A DNA stretch of 64,000 bases from Nemertoderma westbladi. Taxonomy: Eukaryota; Animalia; Xenacoelomorpha. The first letter of the stretch is position 1. Each line of letters starts with the position of its first letter. The stretch covers positions 1 through 64,000 of the forward strand of contig JAUCBJ010009120.1 in NCBI GenBank assembly GCA_032718475.1, read 5' to 3'. The position numbers and the translations under genes were made by a program. The notes below the pieces were generated by a model. The model saw only the letters and a list, made by a program, of their open reading frames with translations, was not told the origin of the DNA and ran no database searches. Positions 11,901 through 23,900 of the stretch are shown piece after piece.

Positions 11901-14900
11901 AATACATTATGGCATGCTCGTGTAGGGAGTTAGAGTGTTCGCTGACATGTTCGCGTCAAATATATATACAAGCTTTGGTAAGTATGGGCCGAGACTCACA
12001 CAATCTGGCGAGGCGTTAGCATATGGTGTACTGGACGCAATAAAAATCAATCCCACTCCAGGGAAAATTCAACGCAAATAACAGCTGATTATTCTCTAAA
12101 ATAAAACTGTAACCTGTTCTATTGTGCTTAGTTTATTGTTTTGGTTAAAACGTGCCACTGTAACCTGCTCCTTTCCATAAATTGAGAATTTAACATTGAG
12201 GCGGGATATTAATTTGCCAAGCGGGATTTGCGTCCAGTCCCCCCCCCCCCCCCCCCTGCCTCGTATACTGAACTGATAGCCTGAAATCATGGCCCATGTG
12301 AAGAATACCAGACTTTCTGCCGTTATATTTCACTTTGCAGTTACCCCCATGTGAAGAATATCAGGTTTTACCAAAAACACAGGTTACAGAAGGGCTTAAT
12401 CTAACCAAGACAATAAACGAATTAGTATATGTACAGGTTATAAGACAGAAATAAGCGCTATAAAACACTTAATAAAGTTAAATTAAAAAATATAAAAAAT
12501 CTTCCTATATAAAATTCCAATAAAAGGTCGACCGAAAAGTGAAATCCTGGTATCACATGGGCGGAAATCATCGCCTTTCGGGACGAGACGGGTTAATGCG
12601 AATGTTCACAGAATTGGTCCACCGGTTACTTCACCACCTCATGCCATTCTATCTCCATTTGTATTGGAGGTGTCTCATTGGTTCCCCAAGCTTGACACTA
12701 GAACAAAGCCGCCCCTCTACACCACCTGGTTTCGCCGTGACGACCATCCTGTGCAAATCTTGTGTTTTGGTAACCTCATTGAGAGAATAAACATGGTTTT
12801 ACATGACATGACACTCATGATTTTATTGAGTCGCCTTTTAAAGTTGCGGATAATCTAGCGAAAGTCATGGGTGATACGTTATAGGGAGTTGTGTTAGTAT
12901 AATTTTGTCGATAAACCGGCTTAACTTATTATTTATAATTAATCTATAGAGCCAAGAAGTTCAGACAACGTCGACGGACAGATGTTTCTAGGAACAACCT
13001 GGACAAACCAAACGACCCTCATTCATCCCTTTCTAGAGCCATTCCCAGTGAAATTAAATCAGCCACAAAGGTGAGTTGAGAAATTCCGATATTTATGTAA
13101 TGATTTTCCCAATTTGATTGTGATTAATGTGCCGGCGTGTGTGTCAGTTCTGACCCTGTTCTAGTACAGTAATTTGATTGATTAAAAGTAGGTGTAACAT
13201 TGATACAAATTTACTACGTGCGTCATTTTTGTTCTCATTCGTTCTAAAATGATAAAGATACACACTGGCGGTAGCCTAAACAAATTCATAAACTCTAGTT
13301 GGTTTATTCATTAATCGATCAATGTGTAATCTCTAGGGAAATTACTCATATGTGGCAGGAGATGTGGTGCAATGCATCCATCATGCATGCTATTGAGTCG
13401 TGTGGTTGGTTTGGTTACCTATCAATAATAGACAGCTCGGTGTTTGGGAAAATTCCTGTTTATCAATAATCTTTCTGCTATCAATATCCTTACAATACTC
13501 AATGCAAACAGGCAGTGTAATGTCGAATTCGTTGTAAATCTATCTACCACTACCACACCACAACGCTACGTTTGTTTGTAAACATAAATATTAAATAGTG
13601 TAGTAAAATTACATTATTACCGTATGTTATTATCTGTCTATCACAGTATAACACATAAATTCTTCAATTAATTGCCCTTTATTTTCCTATATTTAAATGG
13701 GCGGCTATTTAGGAGCTCTTTCCACGGGACCACCTACATAAAGGCCCGTTCACATCCAACGGAACGGTACACCGCGCGGTGTACCGCAGGGCCAGCGGTA
13801 CACCGCTGACTGTGAACGACCAAACAGGTAGTTGGGCGCTAAACTGCGCGGTTTACCGCAGCCCATTTAAACAATGTTAAAACAATTAATGTAATTTCCT
13901 GTTGAATTCACAGTCGACAGATAGACAATCAGTTACCGCAACGGTACCGTTGGGTGCGAACGGACTCCGTGTAGTATACCGCTGGCTTACAGCTTCAATA
14001 CCTAGACTACTTTACCGCTCACGCACCGTTGGATGTGAACGGGGCTTTATACACTTAACTTAATACCAACGTAAATTTAATTAAGTACAAAACCCTCGAA
14101 AACAATGCATTTCTCACGAAAACTATAAACATGGTTATGCTTAATATTCCTAATTTTATATTGTTTTGTTATTATTACTTTTCAGTGTCTTACACCCGAA
14201 GTGCTATGGGAGACGTTTAACATGAGCGTGGTGGGTGCGGGCGGAATGTCTCGCCAACAGTTCCAGGAGGTCTGCCCCACTCTGCTCTTCCAGATCGACA
14301 CCCAGGCCTGTATCCAACACATAGACGACCTAGACGAGGACCTTGATCGCCATATCAAAGTGACTCCCATTGACGACATTCCGAGGGAACTGATGCTGGC
14401 TGGTCTACCGGCTAGGAGTAAGTAATCCTCTACTGTACTTGTTATTTTACACGAACGAGCATTATAGTCAGTGAGTGTTAATAACGATGTGTTTCAAACT
14501 TTCAACATTATTATTGATAACTTTGCCACACGTATGTATAGGTTTATTCAAATTTGTAACATTAATTTATTGATGATGAAAAAAAACATAATGAAACTTT
14601 TGTTTAATTTTTTGATTTGATGTACATTCATGAATTTATTTCATATTTACTATATTTACGTCCTGGGTACTACCAGTACTAATTGTAACGTTTATGCATC
14701 TATATTTATAGTTTGGGGCTTCGCTACTCTCAGTATCACTGTAATTAGTCTCGTCTCCATCATGGGTCTGCTTGTGGTGCCCATTATGCGTGGTTCCTTC
14801 TACCGAGTGCTCATCCAGTACCTTGTTGGTCTCGCCATTGGGACTTTGTCTGGAGACGCCCTACTCCATCTCATACCCCACGTGAGTCACTCTTATTGTA

Positions 14901-17900
14901 TCAAGGGACAGGTCACGTATAACTTTTTCAAACTTATTCAAACTATCATTTTTACAACTTATTTGAATATTTGTCTATTTCAGACCCAACCTCCCACCAT
15001 CCCTACTCTATAATATTATGAAACCCTGACTGATAGGAAAATTAAATAAATTAGTGTCGAACGTAAATAAAGTAATGAATTTCCTAGAAAGTTTCTTGTC
15101 GGCCACTATTATTTCCATAACCGATTTTAGTGTATGGGTCGTCAAGACGACATGGGTCGTCTTATTTACATTTGTTCACTTTAATCCGCAGGCGATGGCC
15201 AATATCGACCATGCGGAACACTCCGAAGTAGAAGTACATAGTGAGGAGGAACCAGATAACCACATGGATGTTATCTGGAAAGGTTGTCTGGCCTTATTAG
15301 GTGAGTGAGTAGGGGCGGCCTTGTTAGGTGAGTGAGTAGGGGCGGCCTTGGAAGTGTGAGTGAGTAGGGACGGCCTTGTTAGGTGAGTGAGTCGGGGCGG
15401 CCTTGTTAGGTGAGTGAGTAGGGGCGGCCTTGTTAGGTGGTGTGAGTGAGTAGGGACGGCCTTGTTAGGTGAGTGAGTAGGGGCGGCCTTGTTAGGAGGT
15501 GTGAGTGAGTAGGGCCGGCCTTGTTATGTGGTGTGAGTGAGTAGGGGAGGCCTTGTTAGGTGAGTGAGTAGGGACGGCTTGTTAGGTGGTGTGAATGAGT
15601 AGGGACGGCCTTGTTAGGTGAGTGAGTAGGGACGGCCTTGTTAGGTGAGTGAGTAGGGACGGCCTTGTTATGTGGTGTGAGTGAGTAGGGGAGGCCTTGT
15701 TAGGTGAGTGAGTAGGGACGGCTTGTTAGGTGGTGTGAATGAGTAGGGACGGCCTTGTTAGGTGAGTGAGTAGGGACGGCCTTGTTATGTGGTGTGAGTG
15801 AGTAGGGGCGGCCTTGTTAGGTGAGTGAGTAGGGGCGGCCTTGTTAGGTGAGTGAGTAGGGACGGCTTGTTAGGTGGTGTGAATGAGTAGGGACGGCCTT
15901 GTTAGGTGAGTGAGTAGGGCCGGCCTTGTTATGTGGTGTGAGTGAGTAGGGGCGGCCTTGTTAGGTGAGTGAGTAGGGACGGCCTTGTTAGGTGAGTGAG
16001 TAGGGGCGGCCTTGTTAGGTGAGTGAGTAGGGACGGCCTTGTTAGGTGGTGTGAATGAGTAGGGACGGCCTTGTTAGGTGAGTGAGTAGGGACGGCCTTG
16101 TTAGGTGAGTGAGTAGGGCCGGCCTTGTTATGTGGTGTGAGTGAGTAGGGGAGGCCTTGTTAGGTGAGTGAGTAGGGACGGCTTGTTAGGTGGTGTGAAT
16201 GAGTAGGGACGGCCTTGTTAGGTGAGTGAGTAGGGGCGGCCTTGTTAGGAGGTGTGAGTGAGTAGGGGCGGCCTTGTTAGGTGAGTGAGTAGGGGCGGCC
16301 TTAGGTGAGTGAGTAGGGACGGCCTTGTTAGGTGGTGTGAGTGAGTAGGGACGGCCTTGTTAGGTGAGTGAGTCGGGGCGGCCTTGTTAGGTGAGTGAGT
16401 AGGGACGGCCTTGTTAGGTGGTGTGAATGAGTAGGGACGGCCTTGTTAGGTGAGTGAGTAGGGGCGGCCTTGTTAGGTGAGTGAGTAGGGGCGGCCTTGT
16501 TAGGTGAGTGAGTAGGGGCGGCCTTGTTAGGTGAGTGAGTAGGGACGGCCTTGTTAGGTGGTGTGAATGAGTAGGGACGGCCTTGTTAGGTGGTGTGAAT
16601 GAGTAGGGACGGCCTTGTTAGGTGAGTGAGTAGGGACGGCCTTGTTAGGTGAGTGAGTAGGGGGCGGCCTTGTTAGGTGAGTGAGTAGGGGCGGCCTTGT
16701 TAGGTGAGTGAGTAGGGACGGCCTTGTTAGGTGAGTGAGTAGGGACGGCCTTGTTAGGTGAGTGAGTAGGGCCGGCCTTGTTATGTGGTGTGAGTGAGTA
16801 GGGGAGGCCTTGTTAGGTGAGTGAGTAGGGACGGCTTGTTAGGTGGTGTGAATGAGTAGGGACGGCCTTGTTAGGTGAGTGAGTAGGGGCGGCCTTGTTA
16901 GGTGAGTGAGTAGGGACGGCCTTGTTAGGTGAGTGAGTAGGGGCGGCCTTGTTAGGTGAGTGAGTAGGGGCGGCCTTGTTAGGTGAGTGAGTAGGGACGG
17001 CTTGTTAGGTGGTGTGAATGAGTAGGGACGGCCTTGTTAGGTGAGTGAGTAGGGGCGGCCTTGTTAGGTGAGTGAGTAGGGGCGGCCTTGTTAGGTGAGT
17101 GAGTAGGGGCGGCCTTGTTAGGTGAGTGAGTAGGGGCGGCCTTGTTAGGTGAGTGAGTAGGGACGGCCTTGTTAGGTGGTGTGAATGAGTAGGGACGGCC
17201 TTGTTAGGTGAGTGAGTAGGGACGGCCTTGTTAGGTGAGTGAGTAGGGCCGGCCTTGTTATGTGGTGTGAGTGAGTAGGGGGGGCCTTGTTAGGTGAGTG
17301 AGTAGGGATGGCTTGTTAGGTGGTGTGAATGAGTAGGGACGGCCTTGTTAGGTGAGTGAGTAGGGGCGGCCTTGTTAGGTGAGTGAGTAGGGACGGCCTT
17401 GTTAGGTGGTGTGAGTGAGTAGGGACTGCCTTGTTAGGTGAGTGAGTAGGGCCGGCCTTGTTATGTGGTGTGAGTGAGTAGGGGAGGCCTTGTTAGGTGA
17501 GTGGGTAGGGACGGCTTGTTAGGTGGTGTGAATGAGTAGGGACGGCCTTGTTAGGTGAGTGAGTAGGGGCGGCCTTGTTAGGTGAGTGAGTAGGGACGGC
17601 CTTGTTAGGTGGTGTGAATGAGTAGGGACGGCCTTGTTAGGTGAGTGAGTAGGGACGGCCTTGTTAGGTGAGTGAGTAGGGCCGGCCTTGTTATGTGGTG
17701 TGAGTGAGTAGGGGAGGCCTTGTTAGGTGAGTGAGTAGGGATGGCCTTGTTAGGTGGTGTGAATGAGTAGGGACGGCCTTGTTAGGTGAGTGGGTAGGGA
17801 CGGCCTTGTTAGGTGAGTGAGTCGGGGCGGCCTTGTTAGGAGGTGTGAGTGAGTCGGGGCGGCCTTGTTAGGTGAGTGAGTAGGGACGGCCTTGTTAGGT

Positions 17901-20900
17901 GAGTGAGTAGGGGCGGCCTTGTTAGGAGGTGTGAGTGAGTAGGGGCGGCCTTAGGTGAGTGAGTAGGGACGGCCTTGTTAGGAGGTGTGAGTGAGTAGGG
18001 ACGCCTTGTTAGGTGAGTGAGTAGGGACGGCCTTGTTAGGTGGTGTGAATGAGTAGGGACGGCCTTGTTAGGAGGTGTGAGTGAGTAGGGGCGGCCTTAG
18101 GTGAGTGAGTAGGGACGGCCTTGTTAAGTGGTGTGAGTGAATAGGGGCGGCCTTGTTAGGTGAGTGAGTAGGGACGGCCTTGTTAGGTAAGTTAGTAGGG
18201 GCGGCCTTGTTAGGTGAGTGAGTAGGGACGGCCTTGTTTGGTGAGTGAGTAAGGACGGCCTTGTTATGTGGTGTGAGTGAGTAGGGACGGCCTTGTTAGG
18301 TGAGTGAGTAGGGGCGGCCTTGTTAGGTGAGTGAGTATAGGGACGGCCTTGTTAGGTGAGTGAGTAGGGGCGGCCTTGTTAGGAGGTGTGAGTGAGTAGG
18401 GACGACGGCCTTGTTAGGAGGTGTGAGTGAGTAAGGACGGCCTTGTTAGGTGAGTGAGTAGGGACGCCCTTGTTAGGTGAGTGAGTAGGGGCGGCCTTAT
18501 TAGGTGAGTGAGTAGGGGGCGGCCTTGTTAGGTGAGTGAGTAGGGGCTGCCTTGTTAGGTGAGTGAGTAGGGGCTGCCTTGTTAGGAGGTGTGAGTGAGT
18601 AGGGACGGCCTTGTTAGGTGGTGTGAATGAGTAGGGACGGCCTTGTTAGGTGAGTGAGTAGGGGCTGCCTTGTTAGGTGAGTGAGTAGGGACGGCCTTGT
18701 TAGGTGAGTGAGTAGGGGCTGCCTTGTTAGGTGAGTGAGTAGGGGCTGCCTTGTTAGGTGAGTGAGTAGGGGGCGGCCTTGTTAGGTGAGTGAGTAGGGG
18801 CTGCCTTGTTAGGTGAGTGAGTAGGGGCTGCCTTGTTAGGAGGTGTGAGTGAGTAGGGACGGCCTTGTTAGGTGAGTGAGTAGGGGCGGCCTTATTAGGT
18901 GAGTGAGTCGGGGGCGGCCTTGTTAGGTGAGTGAGTAGGGGCTGCCTTGTTAGGTGAGTGAGTAGGGGCTGCCTTGTTAGGAGGTGTGAGTGAGTAGGGA
19001 CGGCCTTGTTAGGTGGTGTGAATGAGTAGGGACGGCCTTGTTAGGTGAGTGAGTAGGGACGGCCTTGTTAGGTGAGTGAGTAGGGCCGGCCTTGTTATGT
19101 GGTGTGAGTGAGTAGGGGAGGCCTTGTTAGGTGAGTGAGTAGGGACGGCTTGTTAGGTGGTGTGAATGAGTAGGGACGGCCTTGTTAGGTGAGTGAGTAG
19201 GGGCCGCCTTGTTAGGAGGTGTGAGTGAGTAGGGGCGGCCTTGTTAGGTGAGTGAGTAGGGGCGGCCTTAGGTGAGTGAGTAGGGACGGCCTTGTTAGGT
19301 GGTGTGAGTGAGTAGGGACGGCCTTGTTAGGTGAGTGAGTCGGGGCGGCCTTGTTAGGTGAGTGAGTAGGGACGGCCTTGTTAGGTGGTGTGAATGAGTA
19401 GGGACGGCCTTGTTAGGTGAGTGAGTAGGGGCGGCCTTGTTAGGTGAGTGAGTAGGGGCGGCCTTGTTAGGTGAGTGAGTAGGGGCGGCCTTGTTAGGTG
19501 AGTGAGTAGGGCCGGCCTTGTTAGGTGAGTGAGTAGGGACGGCCTTGTTAGGTGGTGTGAATGAGTAGGGACGGCCTTGTTAGGTGGTGTGAATGAGTAG
19601 GGACGGCCTTGTTAGGTGAGTGAGTAGGGCCGGCCTTGTTATGTGGTGTGAGTGAGTAGGGGAGGCCTTGTTAGGTGAGTGAGTAGGGACGGCTTGTTAG
19701 GTGGTGTGAATGAGTAGGGACGGCCTTGTTAGGTGAGTGAGTAGGGGCGGCCTTGTTAGGAGGTGTGAGTGAGTAGGGGCGGCCTTGTTAGGTGAGTGAG
19801 TAGGGGCGGCCTTAGGTGAGTGAGTAGGGACGGCCTTGTTAGGTGGTGTGAGTGAGTAGGGACGGCCTTGTTAGGTGAGTGAGTCGGGGCGGCCTTGTTA
19901 GGTGAGTGAGTAGGGACGGCCTTGTTAGGTGGTGTGAATGAGTAGGGACGGCCTTGTTAGGTGAGTGAGTAGGGGCGGCCTTAGGTGAGTGAGTAGGGAC
20001 GGCCTTGTTAGGTGGTGTGAGTGAGTAGGGACGGCCTTGTTAGGTGAGTGAGTCGGGGCGGCCTTGTTAGGTGAGTGAGTAGGGACGGCCTTGTTAGGTG
20101 GTGTGAATGAGTAGGGACGGCCTTGTTAGGTGAGTGAGTAGGGGCGGCCTTGTTAGGTGAGTGAGTAGGGGCGGCCTTGTTAGGTGAGTGAGTAGGGACG
20201 GCCTTGTTAGGTGGTGTGAATGAGTAGGGACGGCCTTGTTAGGTGGTGTGAATGAGTAGGGACGGCCTTGTTAGGTGAATGAGTAGGGGCGGCCTTGTTA
20301 GGTGAGTGAGTAGGGACGGCCTTGTTAGGTGAGTGAGTAGGGACGGCCTTGTTAGGTGAGTGAGTAGGGCCGGCCTTGTTAGGTGGTGTGATTGAGTAGG
20401 GACGGCCTTGTTAGGTGGTGTGAATGAGTAGGGACGGCCTTGTTAGGTGAGTGAGTAGGGGCGGCCTTGTTAGGTGAGTGAGTAGGGGCGGCCTTGTTAG
20501 GTGAGTGAGTAGGGACGGCCTTGTTAGGTGGTGTGAATGAGTAGGGACGGCCTTGTTAGGTGGTGTGAATGAGTAGGGACGGCCTTGTTAGGTGAGTGAG
20601 TAGGGACGGCCTTGTTAGGTGAGTGAGTAGGGGCTGCCTTGTTAGGTGAGTGAGTAGGGGCGGCCTTGTTAGGTGAGTGAGTAGGGACGGCCTTGTTAGG
20701 TGAATGACTAGGGGCGGCCTTGTTAGGTGAGTGAGTAGTGACGGCCTTGTTAGGTGAGTGAGTAGGGACGGCCTTGTTAGGTGAATGAGTAGGGACGGCC
20801 TTGTTAGGTGAGTGAGTAGGGACGGCCTTGTTAGGTGAGTGAGTAGGGACGGCCTTGTTAGGTGAGTGAGTAGGGCCGGCCTTGTTAGGTGAGTGAGTAG

Positions 20901-23900
20901 GGGCGGCCTTGTTAGTTGAGTGAGTAGGGGCGGCCTTGTTAGGTGAGTGAGTAGGGACGGCCTTGTTAGGTGGTGTGAATGAGTAGGGACGGCCTTGTTA
21001 TGTGGTGTGAGTGAGTAGGGACGGCCTTGTTAGGTGAGTGAGTAGGGACGGCCTTGTTAGGTGAGTGAGTAGGGACGGCCTTGTTAGGTGAGTGAGTAGG
21101 GACGGCCTTGTTAGGTGAGTGAGTAGGGCCGGCCTTGTTATGTGGTGTGAGTGAGTAGGGGAGGCCTTGTTAGGTGAGTGAGTAGGGACGGCTTGTTAGG
21201 TGGTGTGAATGAGTAGGGACGGCCTTGTTAGGTGAGTGAGTAGGGGCGGCCTTGTTATGTGGTGTGAGTGAGTAGGGACGGCCTTGTTATGTGGTGTGAG
21301 TGAGTAGGGACGGCCTTGTTAGGTGGTGTGAATGAGTAGGGACGGCCTTGTTAGGTGAGTGAGTAGGGGCGGCCTTGTTAGGTGAGTGAGTAGGGGCGGC
21401 CTTGTTAGGTGAGTGAGTAGGGACGGCCTTGTTAGGTGGTGTGAATGAGTAGGGACGGCCTTGTTAGGTGGTGTGAATGAGTAGGGACGGCCTTGTTAGG
21501 TGAGTGAGTAGGGACGGCCTTGTTAGGTGAGTGAGTAGGGGCTGCCTTGTTAGGTGAGTGAGTAGGGGCGGCCTTGTTAGGTGAGTGAGTAGGGACGGCC
21601 TTGTTAGGTGAATGACTAGGGGCGGCCTTGTTAGGTGAGTGAGTAGGGACGGCCTTGTTAGGTGAGTGAGTAGGGACGGCCTTGTTAGGTGAATGAGTAG
21701 GGACGGCCTTGTTAGGTGAGTGAGTAGGGACGGCCTTGTTAGGTGAGTGAGTAGGGACGGCCTTGTTAGGTGAGTGAGTAGGGCCGGCCTTGTTAGGTGA
21801 GTGAGTAGGGGCGGCCTTGTTAGGTGAGTGAGTAGGGACGGCCTTGTTAGGTGAGTGAGTAGGGCCGGCCTTGTTAGGTGAGTGAGTAGGGGCGGCCTTG
21901 TTAGTTGAGTGAGTAGGGGCGGCCTTGTTAGGTGAGTGAGTAGGGACGGCCTTGTTAGGTGGTGTGAATGAGTAGGGACGGCCTTGTTAGGTGGTGTGAA
22001 TGAGTAGGGACGGCCTTGTTAGGTGAGTGAGTAGGGGCGGCCTTGTTAGGTGAGTGAGTAGGGGCGGCCTTGTTAGGTGAGTGAGTAGGGACGGCCTTGT
22101 TAGGTGGTGTGAATGAGTAGGGACGGCCTTGTTAGGTGGTGTGAATGAGTAGGGACGGCCTTGTTAGGTGAGTGAGTAGGGACGGCCTTGTTAGGTGAGT
22201 GAGTAGGGGCTGCCTTGTTAGGTGAGTGAGTAGGGGCGGCCTTGTTAGGTGAGTGAGTAGGGACGGCCTTGTTAGGTGAATGAGTAGGGGCGGCCTTGTT
22301 AGGTGAGTGAGTAGGGACGGCCTTGTTAGGTGAGTGAGTAGGGACGGCCTTGTTAGGTGAATGAGTAGGGACGGCCTTGTTAGGTGAGTGAGTAGGGACG
22401 GCCTTGTTAGGTGAGTGAGTAGGGACGGCCTTGTTAGGTGAGTGAGTAGGGCCGGCCTTGTTAGGTGAGTGAGTAGGGGCGGCCTTGTTAGTTGAGTGAG
22501 TAGGGGCGGCCTTGTTAGGTGAGTGAGTAGGGACGGCCTTGTTAGGTGGTGTGAATGAGTAGGGACGGCCTTGTTATGTGGTGTGAGTGAGTAGGGACGG
22601 CCTTGTTAGGTGAGTGAGTAGGGACGGCCTTGTTAGGTGAGTGAGTAGGGACGGCCTTGTTAGGTGAGTGAGTAGGGACGGCCTTGTTAGGTGAGTGAGT
22701 AGGGCCGGCCTTGTTATGTGGTGTGAGTGAGTAGGGGAGGCCTTGTTAGGTGAGTGAGTAGGGACGGCTTGTTAGGTGGTGTGAATGAGTAGGGACGGCC
22801 TTGTTAGGTGAGTGAGTAGGGGCGGCCTTGTTATGTGGTGTGAGTGAGTAGGGACGGCCTTGTTATGTGGTGTGAGTGAGTAGGGACGGCCTTGTTATGT
22901 GGTGTGAGTGAGTAGGGACGGCCTTGTTATGTGGTGTGAGTGAGTAGGGACGGCCTTGTTATGTGGTGTGAGTGAGTAGGGACGGCCTTGTTATGTGGTG
23001 TGAGTGAGTACGGACGGCCTTGTTATGTGGTGTGAGTGAGTAGGGACGGCCTTGTTATGTGGTGTGAGTGAGTAGGGACGGCCTTGTTATGTGGTGTGAG
23101 TGAGTAGGGACGGCCTTGTTATGTGGTGTGAGTGAGTAGGGACGGCCTTGTTATGTGGTGTGAGTGAGTAGGGACGGCCTTGTTATGTGGTGTGAGTGAG
23201 TAGGGACGGCCTTGTTATGTGGTGTGAGTGAGTAGGGACGGCCTTGTTATGTGGTGTGAGTGAGTAGGGACGGCCTTGTTATGTGGTGTGAGTGAGTAGG
23301 GACGGCCTTGTTATGTGGTGTGAGTGAGTAGGGACGGCCTTGTTATGTGGTGTGAGTGAGTAGGGACGGCCTTGTTATGTGGTGTGAGTGAGTAGGGACG
23401 GCCTTGTTATGTGGTGTGAGTGAGTAGGGACGGCCTTGTTAGGTGAGTGAGTAGGGGCTGCCTTGTTAGGTGAGTGAGTAGGGGCGGCCTTGTTAGGTGA
23501 GTGAGTAGGGGGCGGCCTTGTTAGGTGAGTGAGTAGGGGCTGCCTTGTTAGGTGAGTGAGTAGGGGCTGCCTTGTTAGGAGGTGTGAGTGAGTAGGGACG
23601 GCCTTGTTAGGTGAGTGAGTAGGGGCGGCCTTATTAGGTGAGTGAGTCGGGGGCGGCCTTGTTAGGTGAGTGAGTAGGGGCTGCCTTGTTAGGTGAGTGA
23701 GTAGGGGCTGCCTTGTTAGGAGGTGTGAGTGAGTAGGGACGGCCTTGTTAGGTGGTGTGAATGAGTAGGGACGGCCTTGTTAGGTGAGTGAGTAGGGACG
23801 GCCTTGTTAGGTGAGTGAGTAGGGCCGGCCTTGTTATGTGGTGTGAGTGAGTAGGGGAGGCCTTGTTAGGTGAGTGAGTAGGGACGGCTTGTTAGGTGGT

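Noticed and set aside
1648-14379. Remaining short ORFs in the track (e.g. 1712-2171, 6278-6460, 7147-7410, 11388-11768, 14182-14379)
   Set aside because: They lie in repeats or AT-rich introns, or are antisense shadows of real exons; no recognisable protein features.
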